Shown: positions 48,213 to 61,132 of the stretch, in pieces | How the letters are laid out: the number at the start of each line of letters is the position of its first letter | How positions within the stretch are numbered: position 1 is the first letter of the stretch | NCBI RefSeq assembly: GCF_001194135.2 | Contig: NC_068983.1 | Span: 92,484,086 to 92,548,085, forward strand | DNA: 64,000 nucleotides | Direction of reading: 5' to 3' | From: Octopus bimaculoides | Lineage: Eukaryota | The notes under the pieces: generated by a model | What the model saw: only the letters and a program-made list of their open reading frames with translations | What the model was told of the DNA's origin: nothing | Databases searched by the model: none | Program-made: the position numbers and the translations under genes

Positions 48213-48315
48213 TATGGTTATTGATACTTTCAATTACTTTTGGGTATACGTGAGAAAAAATAGAACGTTAAACTACACATCGTTTAACTGGTGCCTTAGT
48301 ATGTGTGTGTGTATG

Positions 48316-48361
<46 letters not shown>

Positions 48362-48548
48362 ATGTGTATATATGTATGTATGTTTACATACATATATGAT
48401 CATCATATATGTGTATGTGTGAACATGTATGCATATATGTATGCCAATCTCTGTGGAAGAGGCAGACCCAGGAAGACATGGGATGAGGTGGTGAAGCATG
48501 ATCTTCGAAAGTTGGGTCCCACAGAAGCAGTGACAAGTGATACACACG

Positions 48549-48583
<35 letters not shown>

Positions 48584-48591
48584 ATATATGT

Positions 48592-48906
48592 GAAGGCACA
48601 TGGCTTAGTGGTTAGGGTATTCGACTCATAATCATAAGGTCATGAGTTCAATTCCCTGCGACACATTGTGTCCTTCAGCAAGACACTTTATTTCATGTTG
48701 CTCCAGTTCATTCAGCAGGCAAAACTGAGTAGTACCTGTATTTCCTTGTTACATTCTATGTCACGCTGAATCTCTCTGAGAATTACGTTAAGGGTAGGTG
48801 TGTCCGTGGAGTGATCAGCCACTTGCATGTTAATTTCATGAGCAAGCTGTTCCATTGACCAGATTAACTGGAACCCTCGTCATCATAACTGACAGAATGC
48901 CAGTTC
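48592..48906 (+). mobile_element. tRNA-derived SINE (second family), near full length
   Basis: A box tggcttagtgg, B box gagttcaattcc, then the family core cttcagcaagacactttatttcatgttgctccag. Confidence 0.8.
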
Positions 48907-48920
48907 TATATATATGTATA

Positions 48921-49744
48921 TGTAGTGGACCTTGCATGCATGAAGTGGATTTGATCCACCATAGCCAAATTTAAATTAACACTGCGACAGAACCTTTCCC
49001 ATGGTGGAACAATAGTTTTTCTCTGACAGCAGTTTAATATTTTCCAGATGCCTTTAGCTAGGCCGAAACAATGTCTTCACCACTTGACCCTTTCTAACCT
49101 CTTCTACATCACCAAAATCTAGAATAGAGATAACAAGACCACCAACTAAATCTATTGTTCTCAATAATATATCTATCCTTCTAGATAGTTATAAAAACAA
49201 GAGACCCCAAGCAAAACGTCAGTAGTCACTTGGCGACGACAGAACGAAGCAGCTAATGACAACTCAATTAGTTAGTGAATGGTCATCTACAGATATAGTC
49301 ACAAGCGGGCAGTCACCTAAAGACAAAACGACCAGAAGGAGAAAAGAAGATTACAACCAGCCAACTATGAGACACAACGTCCCACGCTATACAACTTTGA
49401 CTAGCTCATTTGCTTTTCTCGGTAACCTTACCCTATCTTTATCTGTTTACTTCTACAAGATCATGTACACACACATACAGGCTGAAATTAACTTTCTTTA
49501 CCTTGCATGCTTCACAAACTGTGTTATACTATTACACTAACCTACCTGTCGTGGTATGGCATTTATTAAAGTAACGGTAAATAAATATTTCTTTATAACA
49601 TTATCGTTAAAATTGGTAACCTCCGACTTTAACAACTACCATTACAATTGGTGACCCTCGGCAACAATTAAAACTTATAACCGTTACAATTGGTAGACCC
49701 GAACAAGAGAATTACTGCAATAGCAACCAATCTCAACCGTTACA
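48921..49744 (+). mobile_element. Putative solo LTR (824 bp) with a terminal array of LTR-end plus PBS-like units
   Basis: Starts TGTAGTGG and ends CCGTTACA (6/8 inverted match), tata on both flanks. TATA-like ttataaaa at ~49189 and AATAAA at 49580-49585. Three tggt(g/a)acc..cg motifs at 49614, 49649 and 49691. Confidence 0.7.
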
Positions 49745-50289
49745 TATATATATGTATAATATATGCATGTATATATATATGCGTGTGCGGGGGTGTATAT
49801 GTGTATGTCTGAATATGTATGCATGTATGTGTATGTATGTCTTTGTATATATATGTGTGTGTATGCATGTATGTATATTAGTAAGTCTGTGTATGTTTAA
49901 TATCTATATGCATGATAGATAATGGCAATGGGGTGCCTATGTGGCACACGATTGTATGGGAAAGAGAATGAGAGTTGGGAGACAGACTGCCAAAATGGGT
50001 AGAGTTGGAGGGTGGATGAGGAAGGAACCTTGAATTAGGGGAGACAGAGGGGTGCAGAAGAGAATGGTGTATCAAGTAACAGGTGTGATAAATATGATAC
50101 AGTTGTCAGTGGGGGAAGACGAGAGAGGGAAAACATGTGTGATAGTCTACAGGAGTTGGGAGGGCAGGAGAAAAAGCATGGAAGTGAGCGGATGAGTCAA
50201 TATAATCTGGATGTAAAGCATAATATTTAGCTCTTCCAGTTTTGCTGAGAAGAGAAAGTCTCTTTTTAGAACTGCATTTCACCAGAAAT

Positions 50290-51530
50290 CCCAGTCCTTT
50301 GTTATCTCCATCAGGCTCAGGGTTCTGAGGTCAGCCTTTACCACTTCATTCTGTATCTTCCTGGCTCTCCCTCTTCCATGAGTTTCAGCCACATTTAGTG
50401 ATTGACACTTCTTTATACATTTGTTTTCATCCATATGCATTGCATGTCAATACCAGCGTGGTCTTCTTGAACACAACTGATTCCTCTAATGCCTAGTTTT
50501 TACTCATCAGATTTGTACTAACTCTTTCATGTACACTCACATTGCACATCCACTTGAGCATGCTGACTTAATTTCTCAATTTCTTCTCGTGTCCTCTGTA
50601 TTCAAGACCTATATCTCACTACTACGCAGCATTGCAGTTCTAGCATAAACATCATGCAAACTGCCCTTCACTCTTAGGGAAAAGATTTTTGTTGTTAGCA
50701 GTTGTTAGCTCCCTGAACTTTTCTGCTAGTTTTCTTTCAGAGTAGCCACTTCCCCTTCTAATTACATCTAGGTAACAAAAGTTGTCAAATAGTTCTAGTG
50801 AGCTATCAGGACATCTCAGAGACTCAGTTTCCAGGTACTTGTATAAACTGTTGCAGTGTATCTAATGCATATGAAGCTTACATTTTCAGATAGCCTGTCA
50901 CTGATTCCACTATATCTCTTGTGTCTATAGCTTACATCTAGTACAGCATATGAAGTTTATAACTACTCTTTCTCTGCATATTAAGCAAGATCATTTCCCT
51001 GGAGGTACCAAGGTCTTATCTTCTTTCCTACTTACTAAAGACCTTAGTCTTTGCCTGGTTAACATTAAGGCCCCACGATTCCAGGTTTAACTTCCATGTC
51101 TGGAATTTCTTCTCTAATTCCCCTGTAGAATCAGCTATGATGACTAGATCATCAGCATATAGGAGTTCCTATGGACAGCCAACCTTAAACTTTTCTGTGA
51201 TGGGCTGTAAGATTATGATGAAGAGAGTACTGATTCCTATCTTCATGCTAAATTCATCACTGAAGTGTTGTCAACTCTGATTTTACTTGTTGCATCCTTG
51301 TACATAGCTTGAACTGCCTGCTCAAGCCATTCAACCACACCTAGTTTTCTCAAATCCCACCAGATTATAGAACATGGTACCCTGTAAAACACTATCTCCA
51401 AATCAATAAAAGCCACGTATAGTGGTTTATTTATGTATTTGGTCAAGTGTATAAGAGAAAGGAAAGTACTCAATGCATGTAGATAGTGTTTATTTAACCT
51501 AAATTTCTTTTTCTCACAATTCACGTATCA
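50290..51530 (-). mobile_element. Old RTE LINE copy
   Basis: KPLYVAFIDLEIVFYRVPCSIIWWDLRKLGVVEWLEQAVQAMYKDATSKIRVDN, with degraded homology through to the C-terminus. Confidence 0.85.
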
Positions 51531-52149
51531 TTCCAGTTCTCTCCTGAAGATAACAGTAGCATGAAACTTGAGCCATGAGAGAAAGAAATTTAAAGTTTGT
51601 GTGTATCATCATTGTCATCATCATCATCATTTAATGTCCATCTTCCATATTAGTATGGAGTGGACAGTTTGATAGGAGATGGTTAGTCAGAAGACTGCAC
51701 CAAGCTCCATTATCTGCTGTGTGTGTGTGTGTTTCTTGCACAGATTCACACATTCTCTAATACACATAAATGGCAGTGTTGGTATTGGAACTCATGTCTA
51801 ATTTTGTACTCTTGCCAGCTTTCTTTATGTAAAATGCAACATGCACTGCTTATTAGAAGGAGAGGGAAGTAAGAGGAAAGAACAGTTGCTATTGCTTTTG
51901 TCATAGTAACACAGTAAAATCAATATTCTTTGTATCTTAACCATGTTGTGATGTGATACATTGATGAGCATCTTCTGGTGGCTTAATGACAGTGCAGGTG
52001 CTGGTTGTGATAGTAGTATGGTAGTAGTGATATAACCATTCCAACCATGACTAACCCATTTTTTCAGACATAGTTGATCTTGGACTACATTATCCAATTT
52101 GATCTATTTCTTAAGACAGTAAGATTTTATATGGAGGAAATTGGGTTAC

Positions 52150-53350
52150 TATTTATAGTAAGTCAAACAATTATTTCGAAACTCTGTTGTTGATTTGTGG
52201 TATAAATAGTACAGTGGTATGGTATAGTATTATAGTATGTAATAGTATACAATGGCATACAGATGTGATATGATAGTCTATTGATGAGTTCATAAGATGA
52301 TTACAGTTCTAGTGGCAATGTTGGCATGGAGATGGTAACAGTTTTAGTGGTGATGGGGTAGTATTTGTAGCAGCTTAGGTGGTATTGGTAGTGGTTATAG
52401 GTAGTATAAGTGGTGGAGTTGTTGGCAGCTTGTTGGTGTTAATATAGTGGTGATTATGGTGCTGGTGGCATTTCTGTCGCCATTATATTGGTAGTAATGC
52501 TGGAGGTTATAGTATTGTTCTATGTTGGTATTCATTTTTGGATAGCTTTCCAGCCGTTCTGACTTATATTGTCCTGCCACACATCAATGCTTTAGTTGTT
52601 AATGTACTGCCTTTTTGTGATGGTGAGTAGTAGTCATTAGTTATATTATAGATGGTGGTGGTAGTAGTCAATGATTGTAGTATTGATGATGGTAATGTGT
52701 GAAGACAATGGGGTGGTGTAGTGTAATAATAGAAGTTGTATGGATGAGAATAGTGGAAAGGGTAATGGTGATGGACTGTAGGTTGTAGCATAACTGATTC
52801 TGATGATGTTAATGGTAATGGTAAGAGTGCAATGATAGTTGTAGTTTTGGTTGTTCTTGGTATTGTAATTTTACCCCATGTTAGCCTTGAATGAACAGGC
52901 CTATAAGCTAAGACATAATTTATCTAGGACTACATTATCCAATGTATCTTTCCATTTTTAAGATGGTAGCCTGTGATGGGAAAGAGATCTGGATGTTATT
53001 TCTACTAAGTCAAGAGACTTGCATAATGGTTATCTTTTTTGGTTGCTGGTGGTGGTTGTAGTAATATTGTTGTTGTTGTTATTGGTAGTTGTAGTAGGAG
53101 TAGCTCTTAGTATTCATGTATTTATGCTGATGCTGATGTTAATATCACAGTGGTAATGTATAGTTATGACTGTAGCGGTGTTAGTTTTTTCTGTTTGTAT
53201 TTATGTGATGGTATTGTTGATGGTGGTGTCAAAGGAACGTTACTGATGTGATGATAATGACAGCAGCAGCAACAGTGGTGGGGGACTGTTTCTGATAAGG
53301 TTGATGATTGATACTAGTGATGGTTGTATTGGTGGGAATAATATTATTAT
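52150..53350. repeat. Degenerate (GGT/GAT/AGT/GTT)n low-complexity region
   Basis: Directly visible G+T-rich trinucleotide mosaic, interrupted by a short dispersed repeat containing ggactacattatccaa. Confidence 0.75.
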
Positions 53351-54152
53351 TGGTGGTCTTGTTGTTTAGTTCCTTGTCTGTTGTTATCTAAGAGACCTAC
53401 AAGAAATTCGAACCATGAATAATCTTGCTTTTTCTTTAATCCAATTTATACATCCTTTTGTGTGTGTGTATGAATTGAGGGCTGCTTTTTCTAGTAACAA
53501 GTGACTCTATAGCAGTTCTCTCTTCTCATAACAGTATACAATGATGATAGAGATGACAGTGGTTATATCAGAAGCAGTTGATGGCAATGTTATTATTCTA
53601 CAATATTTTCTATAAATTCATCTTTATATTCTGTGTTCAGATCCTACCAGGGTCTATTTTGACTTTCATTCTTCTAGAGTGGTGACGTACTAATCAAGTG
53701 CTCTGGTTGATTTGAAACAATTTTACCTGGGGAAAATTATAAGTGTCCCTCACCTTTGCCTTTTAACCTTTATAAGTACATTTAACTTGTTGCCTTGTTT
53801 ACACCACAACCTAGCCTGTCGGTTACCTTTAACAAAGCCTATTCTGTTGCAAATACTTAAGTCATGTCTCCTTTTTGATGATAATTTCTTCCTGCTAGTC
53901 TCTGAAGCTTTGAGAATGGTCATGGGCATTGCCATTCTTCCTCTCAACAACCCATTAGACATTTTCTTACCTGTGTAGGATTTTGTTAGCAGTTGGAGTA
54001 GAGGTAACAATGAAGCAATTACTTCAATCACAGTGCAGTTGTACATGCAGCAGATACCATTTTCTTCATTCCTACACCCCAAACACACATAAATATACCC
54101 TGGTGTCACTTGAAACATTCCACTGAGAAATTCTCATTTCTAGCCATCTTTC

Positions 54153-54200
<48 letters not shown>

Positions 54201-54269
54201 CTCTCCCTTAGCTTCTTTTGCATGCTTGGAGCCTTACAGTATTATTTATTTATTTATTTTTTGCCTGCA

Positions 54270-54447
54270 GGGGACTAGACATAGAGGGGACAAACAAGGA
54301 CAGACAACGGTACTTATTTAATCGACCCCCAAAAGGATGAAAGGCAAAGTCGACCTTGGCAGAATTTGAACTCAGAACGTAACGGCAGACGAAATACCGC
54401 TAAGCATTTCGCTCGGCGTGCTAACGATTCTGCCAGCGTGCCGCTCT
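54270..54447 (-). mobile_element. Young tRNA-derived SINE (fourth family)
   Basis: Reverse complement gcggcacgctggcagaatcgttagcacgccgagcg...gttctgagttcaaattctgccaaggtcgactttgcc, CpG-rich. Confidence 0.8.
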
Positions 54448-54802
54448 TACAGTGTTATGGGCAGTGGTGGTAGTAGTGGCAGTAGCAGTAGTAGTAATAG
54501 TATAAGCAGTTGCAGCAAGCAGCACTACATTGATGTCCTCTAAATGGTTTCAGAGACACAGACACAATGGCAGTATGACTGACAGCCAGACAGGTAGGAA
54601 GTCTCAGACAGACAAATTGAAAGGAAGCCATAATACAGTGCTTAGGTATTAGTCTTCCTCCCGCTATCTCACTCTCTAGTTTTCTAACTTCTCATCTCCC
54701 TCTCTCTATATCTTCTATTTCTCACATACCCTCTGTGTCTGTCTATCTATCAATCAATTGATCTATCTCTCTCTCTCTCCCCCACACACACACATTTTTA
54801 CT

Positions 54803-54841
<39 letters not shown>

Positions 54842-55745
54842 GTATATACACATTCACATCCTACAGTCACACACCCCCTTCTAATATTTGGAGTCCTTGT
54901 TCTTCCTTTATTCCCTTTTCCTCCAATCTCTTTTCTTCACCCCTCTCCTCTTGCCTTCTCTTTCATTATAATCCACAGATCTCTTCTATTTTCATTCTCT
55001 TCCTTTTCTACCTCCCACTTTTTTTTTTTTTTTACTAAGCATGCCTTTTCTCTTCTTTTTCTTCCTCATCTGATTCCACTCTTCCCTCTTTTCCTTTTCA
55101 TTGTTCCTGCATTTTCACAGTTCTTTTCCTTCTCCTCTTCCACCTCCTCCTTATTCACCTCTCTCTCTTTCCCTCCCTCAGTCAATCAGTTGAACAGCCA
55201 GTCCTGTGTAACATTACATTCACTGCATGCACACAAACTGCATGCTGAAATGGAAGAGAACTGGACTGATTCCATCTCATTGATGATCAAAAGAATTCTA
55301 TAGTTACTTTGCTAGTTGGATGAAATGAGATTATGAAACTGTGCAAAATCTACTGCAACTGCATCACCACAACATACACAACTATTTACAAGACAAAAGC
55401 AACAACAACAAAAATTATTTAACTCTTTACTTCGATCATTGTTGATTTGTATTTATTGCTGCTATGCTTGGTGGTGATTGTAGTAGTGTTCTTGCTGTTA
55501 AAAGAGGCAGTTTTGAATTTCTGTAGTTTTTGCATTGATTGTCATGGTGATGGGAATTGATAGTTTACAGTGCTGTTCAGATATTAACATCCCTATATAA
55601 CACATGTACACACTCTCTTAACTATCAATTTATCTCCCTATATACCTATATATCTTACACACACACACACACACACACACCTCTACTAGCTTTCATCTGA
55701 CTGTTATCCCTGCAACACACACGTGCACAACTCCCAGCGATAGGC

Positions 55746-55763
55746 ATGGATCCTGATACAAAG
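55746..55763 (+). CDS. Candidate first coding exon (MDPDTK) of an alternative scrib isoform or a separate transcript
   Basis: ggcATGG Kozak context followed by a consensus donor AAG|gtgagt in phase 0. No homology support. Confidence 0.25.
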
Positions 55764-57940
55764 GTGAGTGAGTGATTTCCTATTGCATTGAGTGAGAGTG
55801 GGTCTGCCTGTGAGAGTAAGTTACTCAGGTTATGTTTTGACTTCATTGTGTGTGTAAATAAGTGGCATGATATATGTTTTTCATTTGCTTTTCCTCCACA
55901 AGCTGTGTGTGTGTGTGTGTGTGCATACATGTACACATGTTCTTAAAGAGATTTTGATGCTTTAATATATTTCTAACCATGCTGAAATGCCAATAAAGAA
56001 AGAAATGTGGCTAGAGGTTAACTAATTGAATTAGCAAGTGTTATTCTCAAATTGTTTATGTGGCCCTTGCCATTGTTGTTGTGATATATATTAATGAAGA
56101 GTATCATAGATATTAATGAAGCTAGAAGAGTATTTTCTTCTAGTTTTGGTAGAAACAGACTGAAATTTATTAATACCTTTGCAGATGCATATAGCAAATG
56201 TCAACTTTCTGGGGTCTGTTGTGGTTTAGCTCCAAAGTGGTTGAAGCAGACTTATGATTAAAGGTGTTTCAGTCATTACCATACCATCATTTTTTAAAAT
56301 GATTTTAGATAGAGTATATCTAGGACCACATTATCCAGTGAGTCCTTTCTTCTTAAAAAAATTTATAAAATGGGATTTGAGAGAGATATAGCTGCTATTT
56401 CTACCATGTTGACTGGCTGCATAGAAGTTTCCTCAATGGCTTGTTCTGGATCAAGTTTTTTTTTCTTTTTTTTTTAATTTAAAGAAAAAAAAGGGACATA
56501 AAATGAGGCTGAAATAAATCTACCTTTGCATTTCTTGAAAAATGAGAAAATAACAGAAACAGTTGGTTGTTGGAATTATTTAGCGTGTAAGTTGAGGGTA
56601 ATCTGGCTACTGTTTCTAGCTGGTTGAGTAACTACCAAGATATGTCCTTGTTGACTTAAGTCAGTAGTGGTGATGATAGTAGTAGTACTGTTATTTAATG
56701 TAATGATATTTGTTTTACTGTTATTTTGTTATTCTATCATCATCATCATTGATTTCCCTTGTTTATATTATTTCACTGAACATGGATCAGAGGGAAAAGA
56801 GTAGAAGCAATATATTTTTCTATCTGGGACACTTTTGGAATACAGTTATTCATTGCTCTCTTCCTACACTCTAGCTCACTTTCACCACTTGTATATTAAA
56901 CTGACCTGTTCACCATATAGACTTACCATATTGTCCTTGTCTGCATGTAATATATCTCTCTGCTTTACTTGGTCTCTCCAGTTGTCTGTTTGACCACTTT
57001 GGCTTACTTGTACACCTGTCTAAGAGCTGCCTATTTTATTTTCATATCTATCAAGTCTCTCTTTCTCTCTCTCCATCCCCTTAATTTATAGTCATCTCTA
57101 GTGACAGTCTTGCTATTATTTTAGTTATATCCCTTTATGTTTTAAGCTCATATCTTAACCAGATAGGACATAGCTGTTCAGCCCTCCTGGTTGAATAAAA
57201 TAAATACCAGAAATAGGAGAGGTCTATAGTTCTCTCCTACAAATTTGCTCCATTGTTGTTATCCTTATTGTCTTAGGTGGTAGATTGGCAGCATCATTAG
57301 TGTTAGTGAAAATGCTTTGCAGCATTTTGTTAAGACTTTTTACATACTAAATTTAAATCTCGCCCAATAAAATAAAGTACCAATCAAGTGTGGTGATGGT
57401 GTCAATATCATTGACTAAACCTCCTCCCCCAAAACTGATGGTTTATGCCTAAATTAAAAACAATTATTATCAGTGATAGCCAAGTCAGCAGAATGCTGAA
57501 ATAAATGTTTTTATGATATCTAATTATTCTCATCCTTCTAGGTTAATAAAATAAGTACTTGTCATATACTTGGGTTGGTTAAATGTTCTGTAATCTTACC
57601 CAAAATGTGTCCTTGTTATTAGAATTATCAATAATTTACAAATTCCATTTTTAGTCTAAGTATTTTAAACTATTAGCTTTTCATTTTGGTTTATATTAAA
57701 TTCTTGCATAAACATAAATATCTCAGATATATGGAGACAGATAAAATGAGATGGTGTGATGTACATGCATTTCCCAAGATCTTTAGCAACATGGACTCAC
57801 CAAACATGCACATACAGTCTGGAGTGCATTAAAGAAAAGTCATCATTCACCATCATTTTATGTAGTTTACCCTACAAGAAAAAGCAGTCAAATCTTCATA
57901 TCACACTCTATAATGAACAATAAAGATATAAGTTAATATA

Positions 57941-59238
57941 CGAGTGAGTAACCAAAACAAACTGGAATTTTGCAATATTATTTTATTCACTTAGTTTTAC
58001 ATGTTTACACTTTTATCGCCTTCAAAGTATTCTTCATTTGACTTGATTTCCACTGTTTGAAGCAGTCCTGGAACTCTTATGAAGTGATACCTTTTAACGC
58101 TTCTGTTGTTTTTTTGTTCACCTCTTCCACATCTGCAAAACATTTTTCTTTAGAACTTTTTCATTCAGGGGAACAAAAAATATCACGGAGAGCAAGATCA
58201 GGTGAATAGGGAGGTTGGGCAAGTGGAGTCATGCCATTTTTGGTCAAAATCTGTCTCACACTTAAAGCAGTGTGCACAGGTGCATTGTCATGATGAAACC
58301 ACCACTCTCCACTTTGTCACAGATTGGGGCGTTTTGTCTCACTGCATCTTGAAACCGCTTCAGAACTGCCAAGTAAAATGTCTGGTTAACAGTTTGACCA
58401 GGAGCAACAAATTCTGTGTGGACAATTTTTTTCACATCAATAAAACAAAACAGCTTTATCATAACATTGGACTTCACTGAATACACTTTTCCTAGGCGTG
58501 GTAACATTGAATGCTCCCATTGACTTGATTGCTGCTTCATTTCTGGATCATAGCTGTAGCACCAGCTTTTGTCACCAGTGATGACCTTCAAAGAAAATTC
58601 CAGATTAACTTACAGCTGTTCTTTCAGTTCACAACATAACTTCAGTCATGACTGCTTTTGATATTCCATGAGCAAGTGAGACACAAATTTTGCTGCAACT
58701 CTTTTCATTTGCAATTCCTTGCTCAAAAATCGTTGGCAGGAGCTCCAGGATAGACCAATCATATCAACAAGTTTGTCAGTTGTTCAGCATTGGCCCTTCA
58801 ACATCCATTCATGAATTTTCATCATGTTTTCATTCGTCTGAGAGGTTGACAGTCACCTTGAATGAGATTGGTCCTCAAGCAACAAGGAACCATTCCTAAA
58901 GCATAGAAACCACTTGTAAAATTGTGTTTTGCTCATGGTAACATCCTTGTAAGCTGTTTGAAGCATGACAACTATTTCAGCTGCCATTTTCCCCAGCAGA
59001 AAATAGAATTTCATGGAAGCATGTTGTTCCTTCATTTCAGCAATCACAAAGATTGACGAATAGGGGATAAGCACTGTAAAACAAAGATACACCATGTGGT
59101 AGTATGACTTCACACGATACTACTGGCTGGCAGACTGATGCCTGAGGGTGACATCAAGTGACTTCTAGCCTTGGAGCCTGAACTACAATGAGCTTGTCCC
59201 ATAGAAAATGTTTCCAGTTACTTTTGGGTACCTCCTCA
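57941..59238 (-). mobile_element. Full-length (1298 bp) mariner (irritans-like), inactive
   Basis: TA-flanked imperfect TIRs. MKEQHASMKFYFLLGKMAAE...WFLCFRNG; VITGDKSWCYSYDPEMKQQSSQW; C-terminal EYFEGD. Multiple stops and frameshifts. Confidence 0.92.
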
Positions 59239-61132
59239 TAGTTATCAATACATTATTTCTGAAAAAAGTAAAGCTTGCCCACAGTAGATAGATCATAAGT
59301 CTGTTCCAACAATCACAATTATTGCTCTACTATCAACATGCTGTGTTCTTTCTGTTTCTTCTTTCACCACTACAATAATCCTTCATCCTCTGAACTAGCA
59401 AACTGAAATATCCCTATAGCATTTCACCTCTCTATGAGGACCTTTACAAATCACTTTGTCCTGTTTTCTTTACACAGGACTATGTTTGCCTCCCAATCTT
59501 TGTTTTCCTAGTGATATTTATCTAAAAAAGATGCCTTCATTTATCCTATTCTCATCACTCACACACATTATGTTTCATTTTCTCTCAAGCCTATATTAAA
59601 TACTATTGCTCTCTCTTCTTTCCCCAAATCACATTTTCATGCATTTACCATTTCAACCATTTACCATTTCAACCACAAAATTATAACAATTTATTAACCT
59701 TATATGATAGCTCCTATTTTCCAGAGAGAATGAAGTGAAAAATCTGTACTTGCTGTTCCTCCACTGCAGCATTATATTATGCTGCATATATAAATTTTTC
59801 TTAATAGCCATTGAAGGCCTCTATATGGTTACTTGATCTGTTAGAAATAATAGACAAATAACCTTCAGTCTGCACTCTGCCATCTTATAAAAGGACACAT
59901 AAAATATCTTGTCTAAGGTAGCTTGGAGGTTCTTATAACACCTTTCTTTGCACTTTTTCTAGAATTTCAACCAAATCTTCTTCAAATTATACACCAGCTC
60001 CTTAAAAAGGGAAAATGTATCAGCTAATGAAGTTCTCCATATACTGTATGAAAACAAACACCATGTTCACTACTGAAATTTCTTTGATCATAGGTCTGCT
60101 GGATCAGGGCTAAACAAGGGGGAAAATTACAAGTAATCAAGTTAACAAGTCAAGTAATAATTGTCATTAAATTACTCCTAGCAAAGAAGTGCAAGATACT
60201 GAGCTTGGATGGGAGGCAGTTTGCATTTGTTTGAGAGAAGAGTTTGGCTATGAACAAACATTTTTGTTCATGTGTAAGGAAAGATTTGGATATGGCCCAG
60301 GTTATTTACTTGGATACTAAGAGGAAAGTTAAAATATAGTTATGTCACCACTAAGGTTCTGTCCTCTGCTCATTTTTATTCAAGACCTTTAGAAAAAAGA
60401 ATTCTAGAAATATATTGTATAAGAAGTTTTTCCCTTGGCTGCCTAATTGTCATGGCAAAATCTGTTAAAGAGCTGTAGAAGTTCAAAATTTGAACAAATT
60501 GAGTTAAGTTCAAAAAGACCTGGTTGTTAGCTAAAGGTACCTAGCATCAGACAGTATAGTGAACACAGACAGAAGAAATGGAATGTATCATAAAGTACCT
60601 TGCTCAAACAAAGAAAAGGTAGTAACAGATCTGGACCCATGATTATTCAAGTGGTAATTACTTTATGTACTCAGCCATTTTTCTCCTTTATTATTGTTGC
60701 TGATAAAAGTAGCAGAATCTGTTGCGATGGACAGATTTGTATTTCTTTACATTTGGAAATCAAATCATGTCAGGATTGATTTGCTCTCATTGTCCAGCAG
60801 TGGGAAAAAACAAATATCTGACAAGTAAGTACCATGGCTGATTAAATCAACTGCATCTCTCCAAAATGTATGGCCTTGTTCCAGTGTGAGAAAGAATTAC
60901 TATTATTTCAAAATAAAAAGTGGTGTAGAAATGGAATATCATACTAAATGGCCTGAAGTATTTAGTTTTTTTTTTCCATTATCTACTAACTTCAAATCTT
61001 GTCAGAATAAATTTTATTTTCATCCTTTCATGATCAATAAAACCAGTATCAATATTATACTGAAGTAATGCATTCAATAACACTACCCACTACAAATCTA
61101 TGAGTTTGTGTGAATATGAAAAAAAATGCATG

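Noticed and set aside
49600-49744. CRISPR array interpretation of the repeat-spacer pattern
   Set aside because: Eukaryotic context, no cas genes, only three degenerate units and very uneven spacers. The repeats are better explained as LTR end plus PBS.
3543-54447. tRNA genes
   Set aside because: All A/B-box sequences run into SINE cores and lack a complete cloverleaf, so they are SINE heads.
54758-55189. 181-aa ORF rich in F/S/L/H/T
   Set aside because: It is a translation of (CA)n and polypyrimidine tracts.
55190-55303. Possible terminal exon LNSQSCVTLH...IKRIL* after a long pyrimidine tract
   Set aside because: No similarity to conserved Scribble C-terminal motifs, and the tract is low-complexity sequence. 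It is equally explicable as UTR or chance.
60798-60830. Consensus donor CAA|gtaagt at 60825
   Set aside because: No upstream acceptor gives an open phase-0 exon with a plausible peptide.
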